Positions 37,245 to 46,747 of a stretch of DNA of 64,000 nucleotides are shown here, piece by piece; within the stretch, counting starts at the first letter, position 1, and each line of letters starts with the position of its first letter. The notes beneath the pieces were generated by a model that saw only the letters and a program-made list of their open reading frames with translations, searched no databases and was not told the DNA's origin. This stretch comes from Deltaproteobacteria bacterium (GTDB taxonomy: Bacteria; Myxococcota; Myxococcia; Myxococcales; SZAS-1), in NCBI GenBank assembly GCA_018266075.1, contig JAFEBB010000038.1:1-64000 (forward strand), written 5' to 3'. The position numbers and the translations under genes are program-made.

Positions 37245-38999
37245 CTAGTGGTTGAACTGGAACTCGCTCGAGTTGAGCAGCGCCCAGAAGAGATCTTCGT
37301 ACGACTCACGCCGCGCCCGGCCCCGGAGCATCGCCCCGTCGGAGGCGTCCGCGACGAACGAGGCCCAGGCCTTGCGCTCCTCGGGCGTCGGGAGCCGCGA
37401 GAGCGTGCGCAGGTAGAGCAGCTCCACGCGTGCGGCGTCGTCGGGCTTTGACATGGCCTCTTCGAGCGTCGCGCCGGGCACGGGCTTCACCGCGCGGTTC
37501 ACCAGGCCGCCGTTCAGCAGCATCAGCGCCTGGGGCACGGTGCCCGTGAAGGTGTCGTCGTCACCGCCGGCCTCGTCGACATCAAACAAGAATGTGACAT
37601 CGCGCTGGAGCTGGAACTTGACCAGATTGACGCTCTTGCCTTGCTTGCCCGCGCGCTCTTCGAGCACGGGTTCCAGGTGCGTGGCGGCGACGATCGAGTT
37701 CAGCAGCTGCTCGGCGCTGAGCGGACGCAGCCTGCCGCGCGCCCAGAAGTCGTCGCCCTTGGGCTGCTCGCCGGAGACCGAGCGCTGGTACGCGTTGGTG
37801 AGACAGATCGTGCGCAGCAGCCGCTTCAAATCGTAGCCATGGGTGATGAAGTCCTGCGCGAGCGCGTCCTGTGCCTCGGGCGCCATCGTCGGGTTGCTGG
37901 GGCGCAGATCGTCCACCGGATCCACGAAGCCGCGACCGGTGAGCGCGCCCCAGTAGCGGTTGACGAGCTCGGTGGCGAACCACGGGTTCTTGTCGGAGAC
38001 GATCCAGCCGGCGAGCGCGCGGCGCGGCATGTCGGAGTGGTCGAGGTCGGTGCCGTCGAGCGCGGTGGGCCGCGACATGGCGATGTCGCGCCACTCGGGC
38101 GGCGCCTTGGGGCCCATGCGCACCGGGTGGTTGATGTCGCGGACCTCGATGCGCTTGATGCCCTTCATCTCGCTCTTGCCGTCCATCGGCTTGTCCTGCG
38201 TGCGCGCGAACGCGGCCGCGAACTTGCGGAAGTCGGTCTGCTTCCACTTCTCGGTCTTGTGGTCGTGGCACTGGGCGCACTGGATCTGCACGCCCAGGAA
38301 GATGCGCGAGGTGTTGCCCGCGAGGTCCTGCGGCGCCTCGCGGTACTGGAGGAGCCAGTTCACCGCGCCGTTGACGCCGGCCTGGGCCTCGCGCGTGTCG
38401 TCGATGTCGCCGGTGTTGCGGGGGAGCGCCTCTTCGCCGCCGATGGAGTTCTGGCCGGTGGCGGAGACGAGATCGAAGACCCACTGGTTGTAGCCGGCGT
38501 TCTCGTTGAAGCGGTGCAAGAGCCAGCGGTGGAACGCGCCGCGATCGATGATGCCCTTCTGCGCGCGCAGCGGCAGGAGCAGGTCGCCCCAGTACGCGGC
38601 CCAGTGCTGCGCGTACGCGGGGCTCGCGAGCAGCGCGTCCACGGCCTTGGCGCGCTTGTCGAGGCTCTGGTCGGCGAGGAACGCACGCACCGCATCGGGC
38701 TCGGGCAGCGTGCCGGTGAGATCCAGCGTGACGCGGCGCAGGAAGGTGGCGTCGTCGATGATGGGCGCGGGCTTCAAGTTCGCGCCGCTCTGGAGCCGCG
38801 CGAGCATGCCGTCGACCTTGGCCGCGAGCGCCTCGGTGCCCGCGGTGGCGGTGAACTTCATCGTGCTCGGGCTGCCTGCCGCGGGCTGCGCATTGGCGCG
38901 ACTGGCTTCGGTGGTGCGACAGGCGATGAACGCCGTCACGCCAAGGATCACGAGAGCGAAGGGCCGGTTCGGTCGCACGCGAGGTGAACCCGTTCTCAT
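37245..38999 (-). CDS. DUF1549/DUF1553 (PSD1/PSCyt2-type) domain protein
   Basis: N-terminal DUF1549 motifs (FLRRVTLDLTGTLP), central CAQCHDHK, C-terminal DUF1553-like region. The gene ends 9 nt upstream of the DUF1501 gene start. Confidence 0.75.
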   Translation of the reverse strand: MRTGSPRVRPNRPFALVILGVTAFIACRTTEASRANAQPAAGSPSTMKFTATAGTEALAAKVDGMLARLQSGANLKPAPIIDDATFLRRVTLDLTGTLPEPDAVRAFLADQSLDKRAKAVDALLASPAYAQHWAAYWGDLLLPLRAQKGIIDRGAFHRWLLHRFNENAGYNQWVFDLVSATGQNSIGGEEALPRNTGDIDDTREAQAGVNGAVNWLLQYREAPQDLAGNTSRIFLGVQIQCAQCHDHKTEKWKQTDFRKFAAAFARTQDKPMDGKSEMKGIKRIEVRDINHPVRMGPKAPPEWRDIAMSRPTALDGTDLDHSDMPRRALAGWIVSDKNPWFATELVNRYWGALTGRGFVDPVDDLRPSNPTMAPEAQDALAQDFITHGYDLKRLLRTICLTNAYQRSVSGEQPKGDDFWARGRLRPLSAEQLLNSIVAATHLEPVLEERAGKQGKSVNLVKFQLQRDVTFLFDVDEAGGDDDTFTGTVPQALMLLNGGLVNRAVKPVPGATLEEAMSKPDDAARVELLYLRTLSRLPTPEERKAWASFVADASDGAMLRGRARRESYEDLFWALLNSSEFQFNH

Positions 39000-39066
39000 C
39001 GCCCCAGGTTAAATCACCCGCGCCCACGAGTTGCGGCAGGGCGTGCGGTTCGAACAAATTGTGTCC

Positions 39067-39510
39067 ATGAGAATTGGGCTCTTCGCTCTCGCCCTGACGT
39101 TGTCTGCACCCGATGGGGGCGCCCCCTCCGCGACGCTGCGCGTGAAGGTGCACGGGCTGCACAACGCCACCGGCCAGGTGGGTTGCCTGGTGTTCGCGAC
39201 GGGCGACGATTTCCCCACCAAGCCCGACAAGGCGGTCGCCAAGGCGCTGGTGCCCATCACGAAGTCGGGCGTGGCGTTCGAAGCGGTGTGCGAGTTCCCG
39301 CAGCTGGCGCCAGGGACGTACGCGGTGTCGGTGATGCACGACGAGAACGGCAACGGGAAGATGGACTTCAACTTCCTGCACATGCCGAAGGAAGGCTACG
39401 GCGCCTCGCGCGATCACCTGCCGATGATGAGCCCGCCGAGCTTCGATGATTGCAAGCTGCCGGTGGGCGCGGGGCTCACGGAGATCGACGTGCACATGAA
39501 GTACCCGTAG
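39067..39510 (+). CDS. secreted DUF2141-like protein
   Basis: Signal peptide MRIGLFALALTLSAP. Motif ENGNGKMDFNFLHMPKEGYGAS, recalled as typical of DUF2141. The start is taken at the internal Met. Confidence 0.5.
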   Translation: MRIGLFALALTLSAPDGGAPSATLRVKVHGLHNATGQVGCLVFATGDDFPTKPDKAVAKALVPITKSGVAFEAVCEFPQLAPGTYAVSVMHDENGNGKMDFNFLHMPKEGYGASRDHLPMMSPPSFDDCKLPVGAGLTEIDVHMKYP

Positions 39511-39513
39511 CGC

Positions 39514-40158
39514 CTACGGCACGACGATCGAATGCCCCGCATGCACGACCGCGGGCAGCGGCGACCAGATCATCACCACCAGATCCCAGAGCACGTGGCT
39601 GGCGATGCCTGGCCACAAGCTGCCGGTGAACGCGCGCAAGCAGCCCCACACGAGGCCCATCACCAGCGCGAGCGCGAGCAGCGTCGGATTCTCGGATGCG
39701 ACGTGCGCCGCCGCGTAGATACACGCGGCCGCCACCGGCGCGCCAAAGCGCGTCAGCCGCGGCTCGAGCGCGCCCTGAATGACGCCGCGAAACACGACCT
39801 CTTCCGCGATCGCCGTCAACGGCAGGAGCACGTAGGCCTGCACGAGCGTCGTCGAGCCCAGCATGGCGTACAGCTGGCCCACGCCTTCGCTGAGCGCCGG
39901 CACCGCGCCGAGCACAGGCCCGCGAAGGAGCAAGGTCGCGCCCACGAGCACCGGCGTGGCGATGGCGGCGACGACGAGCGCGTCACGCCTCGGCGCGAAG
40001 AGCTTGCGCCACTCGGTCGGCACGGCGAGCGAGCGGAGCACGAGCAGTGCCGCGGCCACCGCGACGCTGTTGAAGAGGCCGAAGCGCTGGGCCGCGATGA
40101 AGGCGCCGTTCCACGCGGCGATGGCGACGACGATCAGGCCGAACAATCGCGAGCGCAT
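39514..40158 (-). CDS. CPBP family intramembrane metalloprotease (CAAX protease-like)
   Basis: EExxxR motif (AEEVVFRG), the second conserved His (HVLWD) and multiple TM helices. Confidence 0.7.
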   Translation of the reverse strand: MRSRLFGLIVVAIAAWNGAFIAAQRFGLFNSVAVAAALLVLRSLAVPTEWRKLFAPRRDALVVAAIATPVLVGATLLLRGPVLGAVPALSEGVGQLYAMLGSTTLVQAYVLLPLTAIAEEVVFRGVIQGALEPRLTRFGAPVAAACIYAAAHVASENPTLLALALVMGLVWGCLRAFTGSLWPGIASHVLWDLVVMIWSPLPAVVHAGHSIVVP

Positions 40159-40164
40159 GTCGCG

Positions 40165-41136
40165 TCAGCCGCCGATGCCCATCATCGGCAAGAGCGCGCG
40201 CTTCGCGTCGACGTCGTTGAAGCGGTGGCCTTCCGGCTTCTGGCCGAGCGCGGCGCGAATGGCGGACAGGATCGCCGTGTCGTCGGCGCCCGAATTCAAG
40301 AGCGTCGAGAGCGGCGCCTGCTCGCGGCCGCCGAGGCACGCGCGCAGGTCACCGTTCGCGGCGACCCGCACGCGGTTGCAGCCGCCGCAGAAGTTCTGGG
40401 TCATGGGACTGATGAAGCCCACGCGTCCGCGCGCGCCGCGGAAGTACCGTGCCGGCCCGTGCGGCAACCCGGCGGCTTCCTCGTCGGGCTCGAGCGCGAT
40501 GTCCTCTGCACGCAGCTTCTCCACCAGCTCCGCGGTCGGCACCGGCTTGCCCTCGCGGAACGGCATGCACTCGATGAAGCGCACCACGATGCCGCGCTGC
40601 CAGGCGAACTGCACCAAACTGGCGCAGTCGTCCTCGTTCACGCCGCGCAGCACCACGGCGTTGAGCTTCACCTCGAGCCCTGCCGCGAGGGCCGCGTCCA
40701 CGCCTTCGATGACGCGAGCGACCTCGCCGCGGCCGCCGGAGAGCGTGCGGAACCGCTCGGCGTCGAGCGTGTCCAGCGAGACGTTGAGGCTCCGCAGGCC
40801 CGCTTGTTTCAAGGGCGCGGCGAGCTCCGCGAGCTGGTGGCCGTTGGTGGTGGCGCAGACCTCGCCGATGCCAGGCACGGCCGCGAGCTTGGTGACGACG
40901 TCGAGGATGTCCTTGCGGAACAACGGCTCGCCGCCGGTGAGGCGCACGCGGCGAATCCCCACGCCAGCGAAGATCGTGACGAGGCGTTCGAGCTGCACGG
41001 CGCTGAGCAAATGACTCTTGCCGCCCCAGGTTGCGGGCGAGCAGTACACGCAGCGGAAGTTGCAGCGGTCGGTGAGCGAGAGGCGCAGGTACGTCATGCG
41101 CCGGCCCTGCGCGTCGAACAGCGGCGCCTCGATCAT
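40165..41136 (-). CDS. moaA: GTP 3',8-cyclase MoaA (radical SAM)
   Basis: CxxxCxxC radical SAM box (CNFRCVYC). MoaA C-terminal Cys cluster (CGGCNRVRV) and GG motif. Confidence 0.9.
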   Translation of the reverse strand: MIEAPLFDAQGRRMTYLRLSLTDRCNFRCVYCSPATWGGKSHLLSAVQLERLVTIFAGVGIRRVRLTGGEPLFRKDILDVVTKLAAVPGIGEVCATTNGHQLAELAAPLKQAGLRSLNVSLDTLDAERFRTLSGGRGEVARVIEGVDAALAAGLEVKLNAVVLRGVNEDDCASLVQFAWQRGIVVRFIECMPFREGKPVPTAELVEKLRAEDIALEPDEEAAGLPHGPARYFRGARGRVGFISPMTQNFCGGCNRVRVAANGDLRACLGGREQAPLSTLLNSGADDTAILSAIRAALGQKPEGHRFNDVDAKRALLPMMGIGG

Positions 41137-41139
41137 GGC

Positions 41140-42303
41140 CTACACCGACTTGCGATTCTCGCCGTCGTCCTCGGCGGCCTGGTCGGCGAAGTTGCGCTGG
41201 CGGCGGAGCTCCTTGAGGTCGTCCTCGCTGAGCGAGAGGAACGCCTCCACGCAGCGCGGATCGAACTGCGTGCCCGAGCAGCGCTTGATCTCCTCGCGCG
41301 CGGCCGCGTAGGTGGTGCCCTTGCGGTATGGGCGATCGCAGGTCATGGCGTCGAGCGTGTCGGCGATGGCGAAGATGCGCGCGCCGATGTGGATGGCGTC
41401 GGCCTTGAGGCCGCGCGGGTAGCCGCCGCCGTCGAAGCGCTCCTGGTGCGAGAGCACGATCTCCGCGGGCACGTTCAAGAACGGGATCGACTTGAGGATG
41501 TCGTAGCCGACCTGCGGGTGCTTGCGCATCTCCACCCACTCGTCGGGCGTGAGCTTGCCGGGCTTGAGCAGGATGGCGTCGGGCACGCCGATCTTGCCGA
41601 TGTCGTGGAGCAGCGCGCCGCGGGCGATGTCATCGAGCTCGGGCTCGCCGATGCCCAGCTTCTGCGCGGTGGCCACGGTGTAGCGCACCACGCGCTGGCT
41701 GTGATCGCTGGTCTCGTGCTCGCGGGCGTCGAGCGCGGCCACCAGCGCGAGCAGCGTGGTGCGGTACGCGCCCTCCACGTTGCGCAGCGCGACGGACAGC
41801 TCGGCGGTCTTCTCCTTCACGCGCCGCTCGAGACGCCGCTGGTACTTGTGCCGCGCCACCTCGATGCGGCGCTTGGCCAGCGCGCGCTCGATGGAGCGGA
41901 TGAGATCGGTCACGCGGGGCGGCTTGAGCAGGTAGTCGGTCGCGCCGCGGCGCAGACACTCCACCGCGTTCTCGGTGTCGCCGTAGCCGGTGAGCATGAT
42001 GACGGCCGTGTCCGGGTGGTTGCGGCGGAGCTGGTCGAGCAGCCACATCCCGTCCTTGCCCGGCATCTTCATGTCGCTGATGACGAGGTGGGTCTCGGTG
42101 CCGCCGAGGGAGGTGAGCGCCGCATCGGCGTTCTCCACGCAGGTGCAGGCGTAGCCCTCTTCCTTCAAGAGCACGGAGATGACGTCGCGCACGGACGCGT
42201 CGTCGTCGACGATCAGGATGGTGGGCGTCTCCGTCGACGCGGCATCCAACGGGCTCTCGCTCACGGCCACTCCTGCGCGGTCCGCCCCCGAACGCGGACC
42301 CAT
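41140..42303 (-). CDS. response regulator with HD-GYP phosphodiesterase output domain
   Basis: REC (ILIVDDD…LVISDMKMP). HD domain (HDIGK) with GYP motif (GGGYPRG). Confidence 0.85.
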   Translation of the reverse strand: MGPRSGADRAGVAVSESPLDAASTETPTILIVDDDASVRDVISVLLKEEGYACTCVENADAALTSLGGTETHLVISDMKMPGKDGMWLLDQLRRNHPDTAVIMLTGYGDTENAVECLRRGATDYLLKPPRVTDLIRSIERALAKRRIEVARHKYQRRLERRVKEKTAELSVALRNVEGAYRTTLLALVAALDAREHETSDHSQRVVRYTVATAQKLGIGEPELDDIARGALLHDIGKIGVPDAILLKPGKLTPDEWVEMRKHPQVGYDILKSIPFLNVPAEIVLSHQERFDGGGYPRGLKADAIHIGARIFAIADTLDAMTCDRPYRKGTTYAAAREEIKRCSGTQFDPRCVEAFLSLSEDDLKELRRQRNFADQAAEDDGENRKSV

Positions 42304-42361
42304 GCGATCCAGATAAACCTAGCATGGCGCCCGGCGCTACCAGAAGTGGCTCCGCCAGGAT

Positions 42362-43474
42362 TCAGGCGGGCTGGGCGCGCTCGGGGCGGAAGGGCCGAAG
42401 GTCGAGGTCGAGCTCACGGCGGAGAACCGCGTCGGCCACCAGGCGCGCGGTGACGGGCGCGAGCAGGATGCCGTTCCGGTGATGGCCGGTGGCGAAGAAG
42501 AGCCCGTCGATGGGGCTCTTGCCGAGGAGCGGCATGCCGTCGGCGGTGTACGGGCGGAAGCCAGCCCAGCTCTCGAGGATGGGCGCCTGCGCGAGCGCGG
42601 GAACGGCGGCGAGGGCGAGGTCGAGCACGCTCTTCATGCCTGCGGCCGTGACCTGCTTCTCGAAGCCCACGAACTCGAGCGTGGAGCCCGCGAGCAGTCG
42701 GCCATCGGTGCGGGGCACGAGGTAGCCGCGCTCGGTGAAGAGCACGCGCGAGAGCAGCGTGGGCGCGACGTGCAGTTGCACGAGCTGTCCGCGCGCGGGC
42801 ACGACGGCCTTCGCCCAGTCGCCAGCATTGGGGACGAGCCCGCTCCACGCGCCCGCGGCGACCACCACGGCGCCCGCATCGATGCGCGTCCCATCGACCA
42901 GCTCGACGCCGACCGCGCGACCGCCCTCGAGGCGCACGCTCTTCACGCTCGCGGGCTGGAGCACTGCGCCGGCCTTCGCGGCGGCCTGCGACACGGCCTT
43001 CGACAGCGGCCGGGGATCGACGAGCGCTTCGTCGGGCATGTGCAGCGCGGCCACCACGCCGTCGGCGAGCGCGGGCTCGAGGAGCTTGGCGCCCTTCGCG
43101 TCGACGAGCTCCACCTTCAAACCGGCCTCGTGTTGCCACGCAACCCGCTCGCGAAGCCTCTCGGCGCCCGCGCCGGTCCACGCGGCGTGCACCAGACCAG
43201 AAACCCGATAGCCGACGTCGAGGCCCGTGAGTGTTTGCAGCTCGTCGACGAACGCGCGGTACATCGCGCGCGAGCGGAGGCCGAGCTCGAGCATCGGACC
43301 GGGGGCGTCGCACTCGGCTTGCGGCCCGAGGATTCCCGCAGCCGCGCTCGAGGCCTCTGCGCCGGGGACGGCCTTTTCGATCACGTGAACGCGCTGGCCC
43401 GCCTGAGCCAGGCGCCACGCGACGCCGCAGCCCATGAGGCCGCCGCCGATGATCACCGTGTCCGGGGTGCGCAT
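42362..43474 (-). CDS. FAD-dependent oxidoreductase (glycine oxidase ThiO / DAO family)
   Basis: N-terminal dinucleotide fold VIIGGGLMGCGVAWRL. C-terminal GHHRNG motif, recalled as typical of ThiO/DAO. Confidence 0.7.
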   Translation of the reverse strand: MRTPDTVIIGGGLMGCGVAWRLAQAGQRVHVIEKAVPGAEASSAAAGILGPQAECDAPGPMLELGLRSRAMYRAFVDELQTLTGLDVGYRVSGLVHAAWTGAGAERLRERVAWQHEAGLKVELVDAKGAKLLEPALADGVVAALHMPDEALVDPRPLSKAVSQAAAKAGAVLQPASVKSVRLEGGRAVGVELVDGTRIDAGAVVVAAGAWSGLVPNAGDWAKAVVPARGQLVQLHVAPTLLSRVLFTERGYLVPRTDGRLLAGSTLEFVGFEKQVTAAGMKSVLDLALAAVPALAQAPILESWAGFRPYTADGMPLLGKSPIDGLFFATGHHRNGILLAPVTARLVADAVLRRELDLDLRPFRPERAQPA

Positions 43475-43629
43475 GGGCGGAAGGTAGCACCGGCGCTTCG
43501 CCGGCGCGTTGATCTCGATCGTGTCGTGTTGGGAGCAGGTTTCATTCGTGCTACCAACCTCGCGCCGTGTTCCCCCGCGCCGACAGCGCCGCTCCCCGAT
43601 TCGCCGCGCCCGCGCGCGCGCGGAGCGCC

Positions 43630-44907
43630 ATGGGAATTCCGCCGCTCGTCCTGCTCGCTGCCGCCGCGCCGCTGGGCACGACCGACGTCCGCGCTGGGCT
43701 CATCGCCGCCGCGAGCGCGCTCGCGTGTTGGATCGCGCCGGCCACCGCGCGCTGGCCGCTGTCGATCCTCGTGGCCTTCGGGATCCTTCAAGGCGGCTGG
43801 ACCCGCGCGGCAGCCATCGTCGCCACCTTCGCGGCGCTCGCGATTTGGCCGCGTCCGCGCACGCTCGGCCGCAGAATCCTCGTCTGCCTCGCCACCACGC
43901 TCATCGTCGCTCTGGCCACGAGGAGCGCGCCGCCGAGCTTCGCCGCGCTCGCATCGGTGGCGGTGCTGCTGGCGCCGGTGGAACTCCGCGCGCCGCGGCC
44001 GTTGCTCGCGCTGACGTTGCTCGTCGCGTCCGTGCCGGGGCTGTGGTTGGTGTGGCAAGCCCAGCGCGCACGAACCGCTGCGCGTGCGAGCGCGACCGAC
44101 GAAGCCTGGGCGCTCGCCGATGTCGCGTGCACCACGGCGCAGTGGCCCGCGTGTCAGGAGGATGCGGTCGTCGCGCGCGCGCTCCTCGCGCGTGCCCGCG
44201 GAGATGATGCCGCAGCGCTCGCGCACCTCGATCGCGCGCCCTTCCCCGCTCGGCCGACGACCGACCTTCTTCACGCCGACGCCGAGCTCGCCGCGGGACG
44301 GATCGCGTCGGCGCATCCGCGATTGCTGCATCTGGCACAGCAGCATCCGGACGCGAGCCTGGCCATCTCGCCGCGCGGGGCCGTCGATTGGGCGCACGCG
44401 CTGCTTCGAGTCGGAAAGCGCGCGCAGGCCGAAGCGGCGCTCCGAGGTGTCGCGGGTGACGAGGCCGAGAAGCTGCGCGCGATCGCGTCGAAGCCGCTCG
44501 ATGCGTTGCCTGCCGGGGCCCACCGCTTCGCGAGCGCGATGGAGCTCGAGCCGGTGACGATGCCCGGTGCGTGCGTGAAGCGCGGCGAGGTTCCGCCGAT
44601 CACCTTGCACTGGCGCGTGCTCGATGGCTTCGCCGCCGACGAAGACGACTGGATCTTCGTCCACGCGTGGGGCCCGCACACGCTGGGCTTCGATCACGTC
44701 GCCGGCGGACGCGCCACGCACACGCTCACCCCGGGCGAGAGCTTCGACGATCCGCTCACCACGCCCGTCCCCGCCGACGCGCCCGCGGGCTCGTACAAGT
44801 TCGAGCTCGGCTGGTACGAGCCGGCGTCGCAGCTGCGGCTCCACCCCGACGACCAGCCGGGCCACATCAGCTTCGTGGTGCTCGGCCAGCTCGAGGTGTG
44901 CCCATGA
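43630..44907 (+). CDS. hypothetical membrane protein (N-terminal TM region plus soluble domain)
   Basis: Several hydrophobic helices in the first 170 aa. First gene of the plus-strand polysaccharide gene run. The start is taken at MGIPP. Confidence 0.4.
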   Translation: MGIPPLVLLAAAAPLGTTDVRAGLIAAASALACWIAPATARWPLSILVAFGILQGGWTRAAAIVATFAALAIWPRPRTLGRRILVCLATTLIVALATRSAPPSFAALASVAVLLAPVELRAPRPLLALTLLVASVPGLWLVWQAQRARTAARASATDEAWALADVACTTAQWPACQEDAVVARALLARARGDDAAALAHLDRAPFPARPTTDLLHADAELAAGRIASAHPRLLHLAQQHPDASLAISPRGAVDWAHALLRVGKRAQAEAALRGVAGDEAEKLRAIASKPLDALPAGAHRFASAMELEPVTMPGACVKRGEVPPITLHWRVLDGFAADEDDWIFVHAWGPHTLGFDHVAGGRATHTLTPGESFDDPLTTPVPADAPAGSYKFELGWYEPASQLRLHPDDQPGHISFVVLGQLEVCP

Positions 44908-46094
44908 GCGCGCGCGCTTCCGCGGTGGTGCTGGCGTTGCTCGCTGGCCTCTGCGCCTGGTCGATCGCTGGGATGCAGGTGGCGTCGGGCTTGCTGGTGT
45001 TGGCCTTCATCGCCACGCAGGGCTGGAAGAACGCGCCCGCGCTGCGCGCACCGACGCTCGCGTTCGCCGCGATCTGCGCCGCGAGCGCGCTGCTCTCGCC
45101 GGCGCTCGGCAGCTTCGATTTGCTCGCGTGGCGCTTCGCGCTGCTGGCGTGGCTGGTGGCCGCCGTCGCGATGGAGCTCGGCGAGGCCCAGACCGATCGC
45201 GTCGCCGCGGTGTGGATCGGCGCGATGGTGCTCGCGGGCGCGTGGGGCATCTTCCAAGCCTTCACGGGCAAGGATCTGCTCGCGCTCGTGCATCTGCGGC
45301 GCGAAGCCATCGTGATCGAGTCACCGTGGAAGGACCACTTCGCGGCGCTCGGCTTCTTTAACTCGCGGCTCACGTTCGCGAACGGGCTGCTCGTGCCGCT
45401 CGGCCTCGCGGGCGCGTGGGCCGTGGTCGGCCGCGGGCGCGCGCGCGTGCTCGGCGTGATCGCCTCGGTGGTCCTCACGCTGGCGCTCGGGCTGAGCTTC
45501 GGTCGCGCGGCGTGGTGGGGCGCGCTCGCGGCGGGCGCAATGCTCGTGCTCTGGCGCGGCGGCTGGCGTGCGGCGTTGGCGCTCGTGGTGGTGCTGGGGC
45601 TCGCGCTGGCGCTGCCGCCGGTGCGCGCACGGCTCGCGTCGAGCGTGAGCGTGAGCCAGAACGAGGACCGCGTTTTCATCTGGGCGCGCGCGCGCGAGGT
45701 CGTGGCGGATCATCCCGTGCTCGGCGTGGGCTACGCGGCGTACCCGCGGGTGGCGGCGCCGTACTACGACCGCGTCGATCCCGACTTCCCCATGCACACC
45801 TGGGCGCACGATACGCCGCTCTCGCTGCTGGCCGAGGTCGGCGCCACGGGGCTCGCCGCGTACCTCTGGCTCTGGGTGGCCATCTACACGCTCGGCGCGG
45901 CAGCCGTCCGGGCGGGCTCGACGGTCGCGCTCGGTCTCTGCGCGGGGACGGCCGGCCTGCACGTGGCCTCGCTCTTCCACGACGTGCTCTACGATGGCGA
46001 GGTCGCGCACGCGCTGTGGATCGCGGGCGGACTGCTCGCCGCGCTGGGGCTGCGCGCTGCCAGCCGTAATCCCCGCGCGGAGGCCTCGACATGA
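44904..46094 (+). CDS. O-antigen ligase / Wzy_C family membrane protein
   Basis: About 10 TM helices. Wzy_C-like loop region (LGLSFGRAAWWGALAA…HAHDTPLSLLAEVG). The ATG overlaps the upstream TGA. Confidence 0.65.
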   Translation: MSARASAVVLALLAGLCAWSIAGMQVASGLLVLAFIATQGWKNAPALRAPTLAFAAICAASALLSPALGSFDLLAWRFALLAWLVAAVAMELGEAQTDRVAAVWIGAMVLAGAWGIFQAFTGKDLLALVHLRREAIVIESPWKDHFAALGFFNSRLTFANGLLVPLGLAGAWAVVGRGRARVLGVIASVVLTLALGLSFGRAAWWGALAAGAMLVLWRGGWRAALALVVVLGLALALPPVRARLASSVSVSQNEDRVFIWARAREVVADHPVLGVGYAAYPRVAAPYYDRVDPDFPMHTWAHDTPLSLLAEVGATGLAAYLWLWVAIYTLGAAAVRAGSTVALGLCAGTAGLHVASLFHDVLYDGEVAHALWIAGGLLAALGLRAASRNPRAEAST

Positions 46095-46726
46095 CCATGG
46101 CCGAGCGCGAGGTCCTCCGCGAGCTGGTGCACGACGCCCTGCCTTTCCGCAGCGCGCTCTGCCTGGGCGACCGCGATGGACGTGGGGCAGCGATCGTGCG
46201 CGCCGAGTCGCCGAGCGCGGTGCTGCTCGCCGCGGACGACGAGCTCGGGCGCAAGCCGCTGCCGTTCGCCACCGGCGCGGTCGACCTGGTGCTCGTGCGA
46301 AACCTGCTCGAGCGCACCCGCGAGCTCTTCTGGCTGATGCACGAGCTCATCCGCGTGCTGCCCGTGGGTGGCTCGCTGGTGCTGAGCGTGGCGAACCTGG
46401 CGTCGGCGTCGAACCGCGCGCGGCTCTTGCTCGGGCGGCAGCCGACGTCGCTTCGCGTGCGCAGCGCGCAGCTCCGAGGCTTCACCTGGCCCGAGCTGGC
46501 GCAGTTCGTCGACGGCGCGTTTCCGGGCGGGCTGCGCCTCGCGCGGACGATCGGCACCGGGCTGGATCCGCTGCCGGAGCTGCTCGCGTCGCGGTTGGCC
46601 AAGCGGCTGCCCACGCTCGCGGAGACCCTGCACCTGCGGCTGGTGAAGCAGCGCGAGTACCACCGCGAGATTCTGCAAATGGCCGAGGCGCTCGACCTCC
46701 AGGATGAGTTCTTCCTGGGCCGTTGA
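46091..46726 (+). CDS. class I SAM-dependent methyltransferase-like protein
   Basis: Size and neighbourhood fit a methyltransferase. The motifs are weak (LPFATGAVDLVLVRNLLE resembles the post-motif II region). Start overlaps the upstream stop (ATGA). Confidence 0.45.
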   Translation: MTMAEREVLRELVHDALPFRSALCLGDRDGRGAAIVRAESPSAVLLAADDELGRKPLPFATGAVDLVLVRNLLERTRELFWLMHELIRVLPVGGSLVLSVANLASASNRARLLLGRQPTSLRVRSAQLRGFTWPELAQFVDGAFPGGLRLARTIGTGLDPLPELLASRLAKRLPTLAETLHLRLVKQREYHREILQMAEALDLQDEFFLGR

Positions 46727-46747
46727 GCCTGTGGTACTCGCCGCGCC

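Noticed and set aside
34131-37451. 1106-aa plus-strand ORF
   Set aside because: It is antisense to the hydrolase, DJ-1 and DUF1501 genes, with the same low-complexity Arg/Ala/Gly composition.
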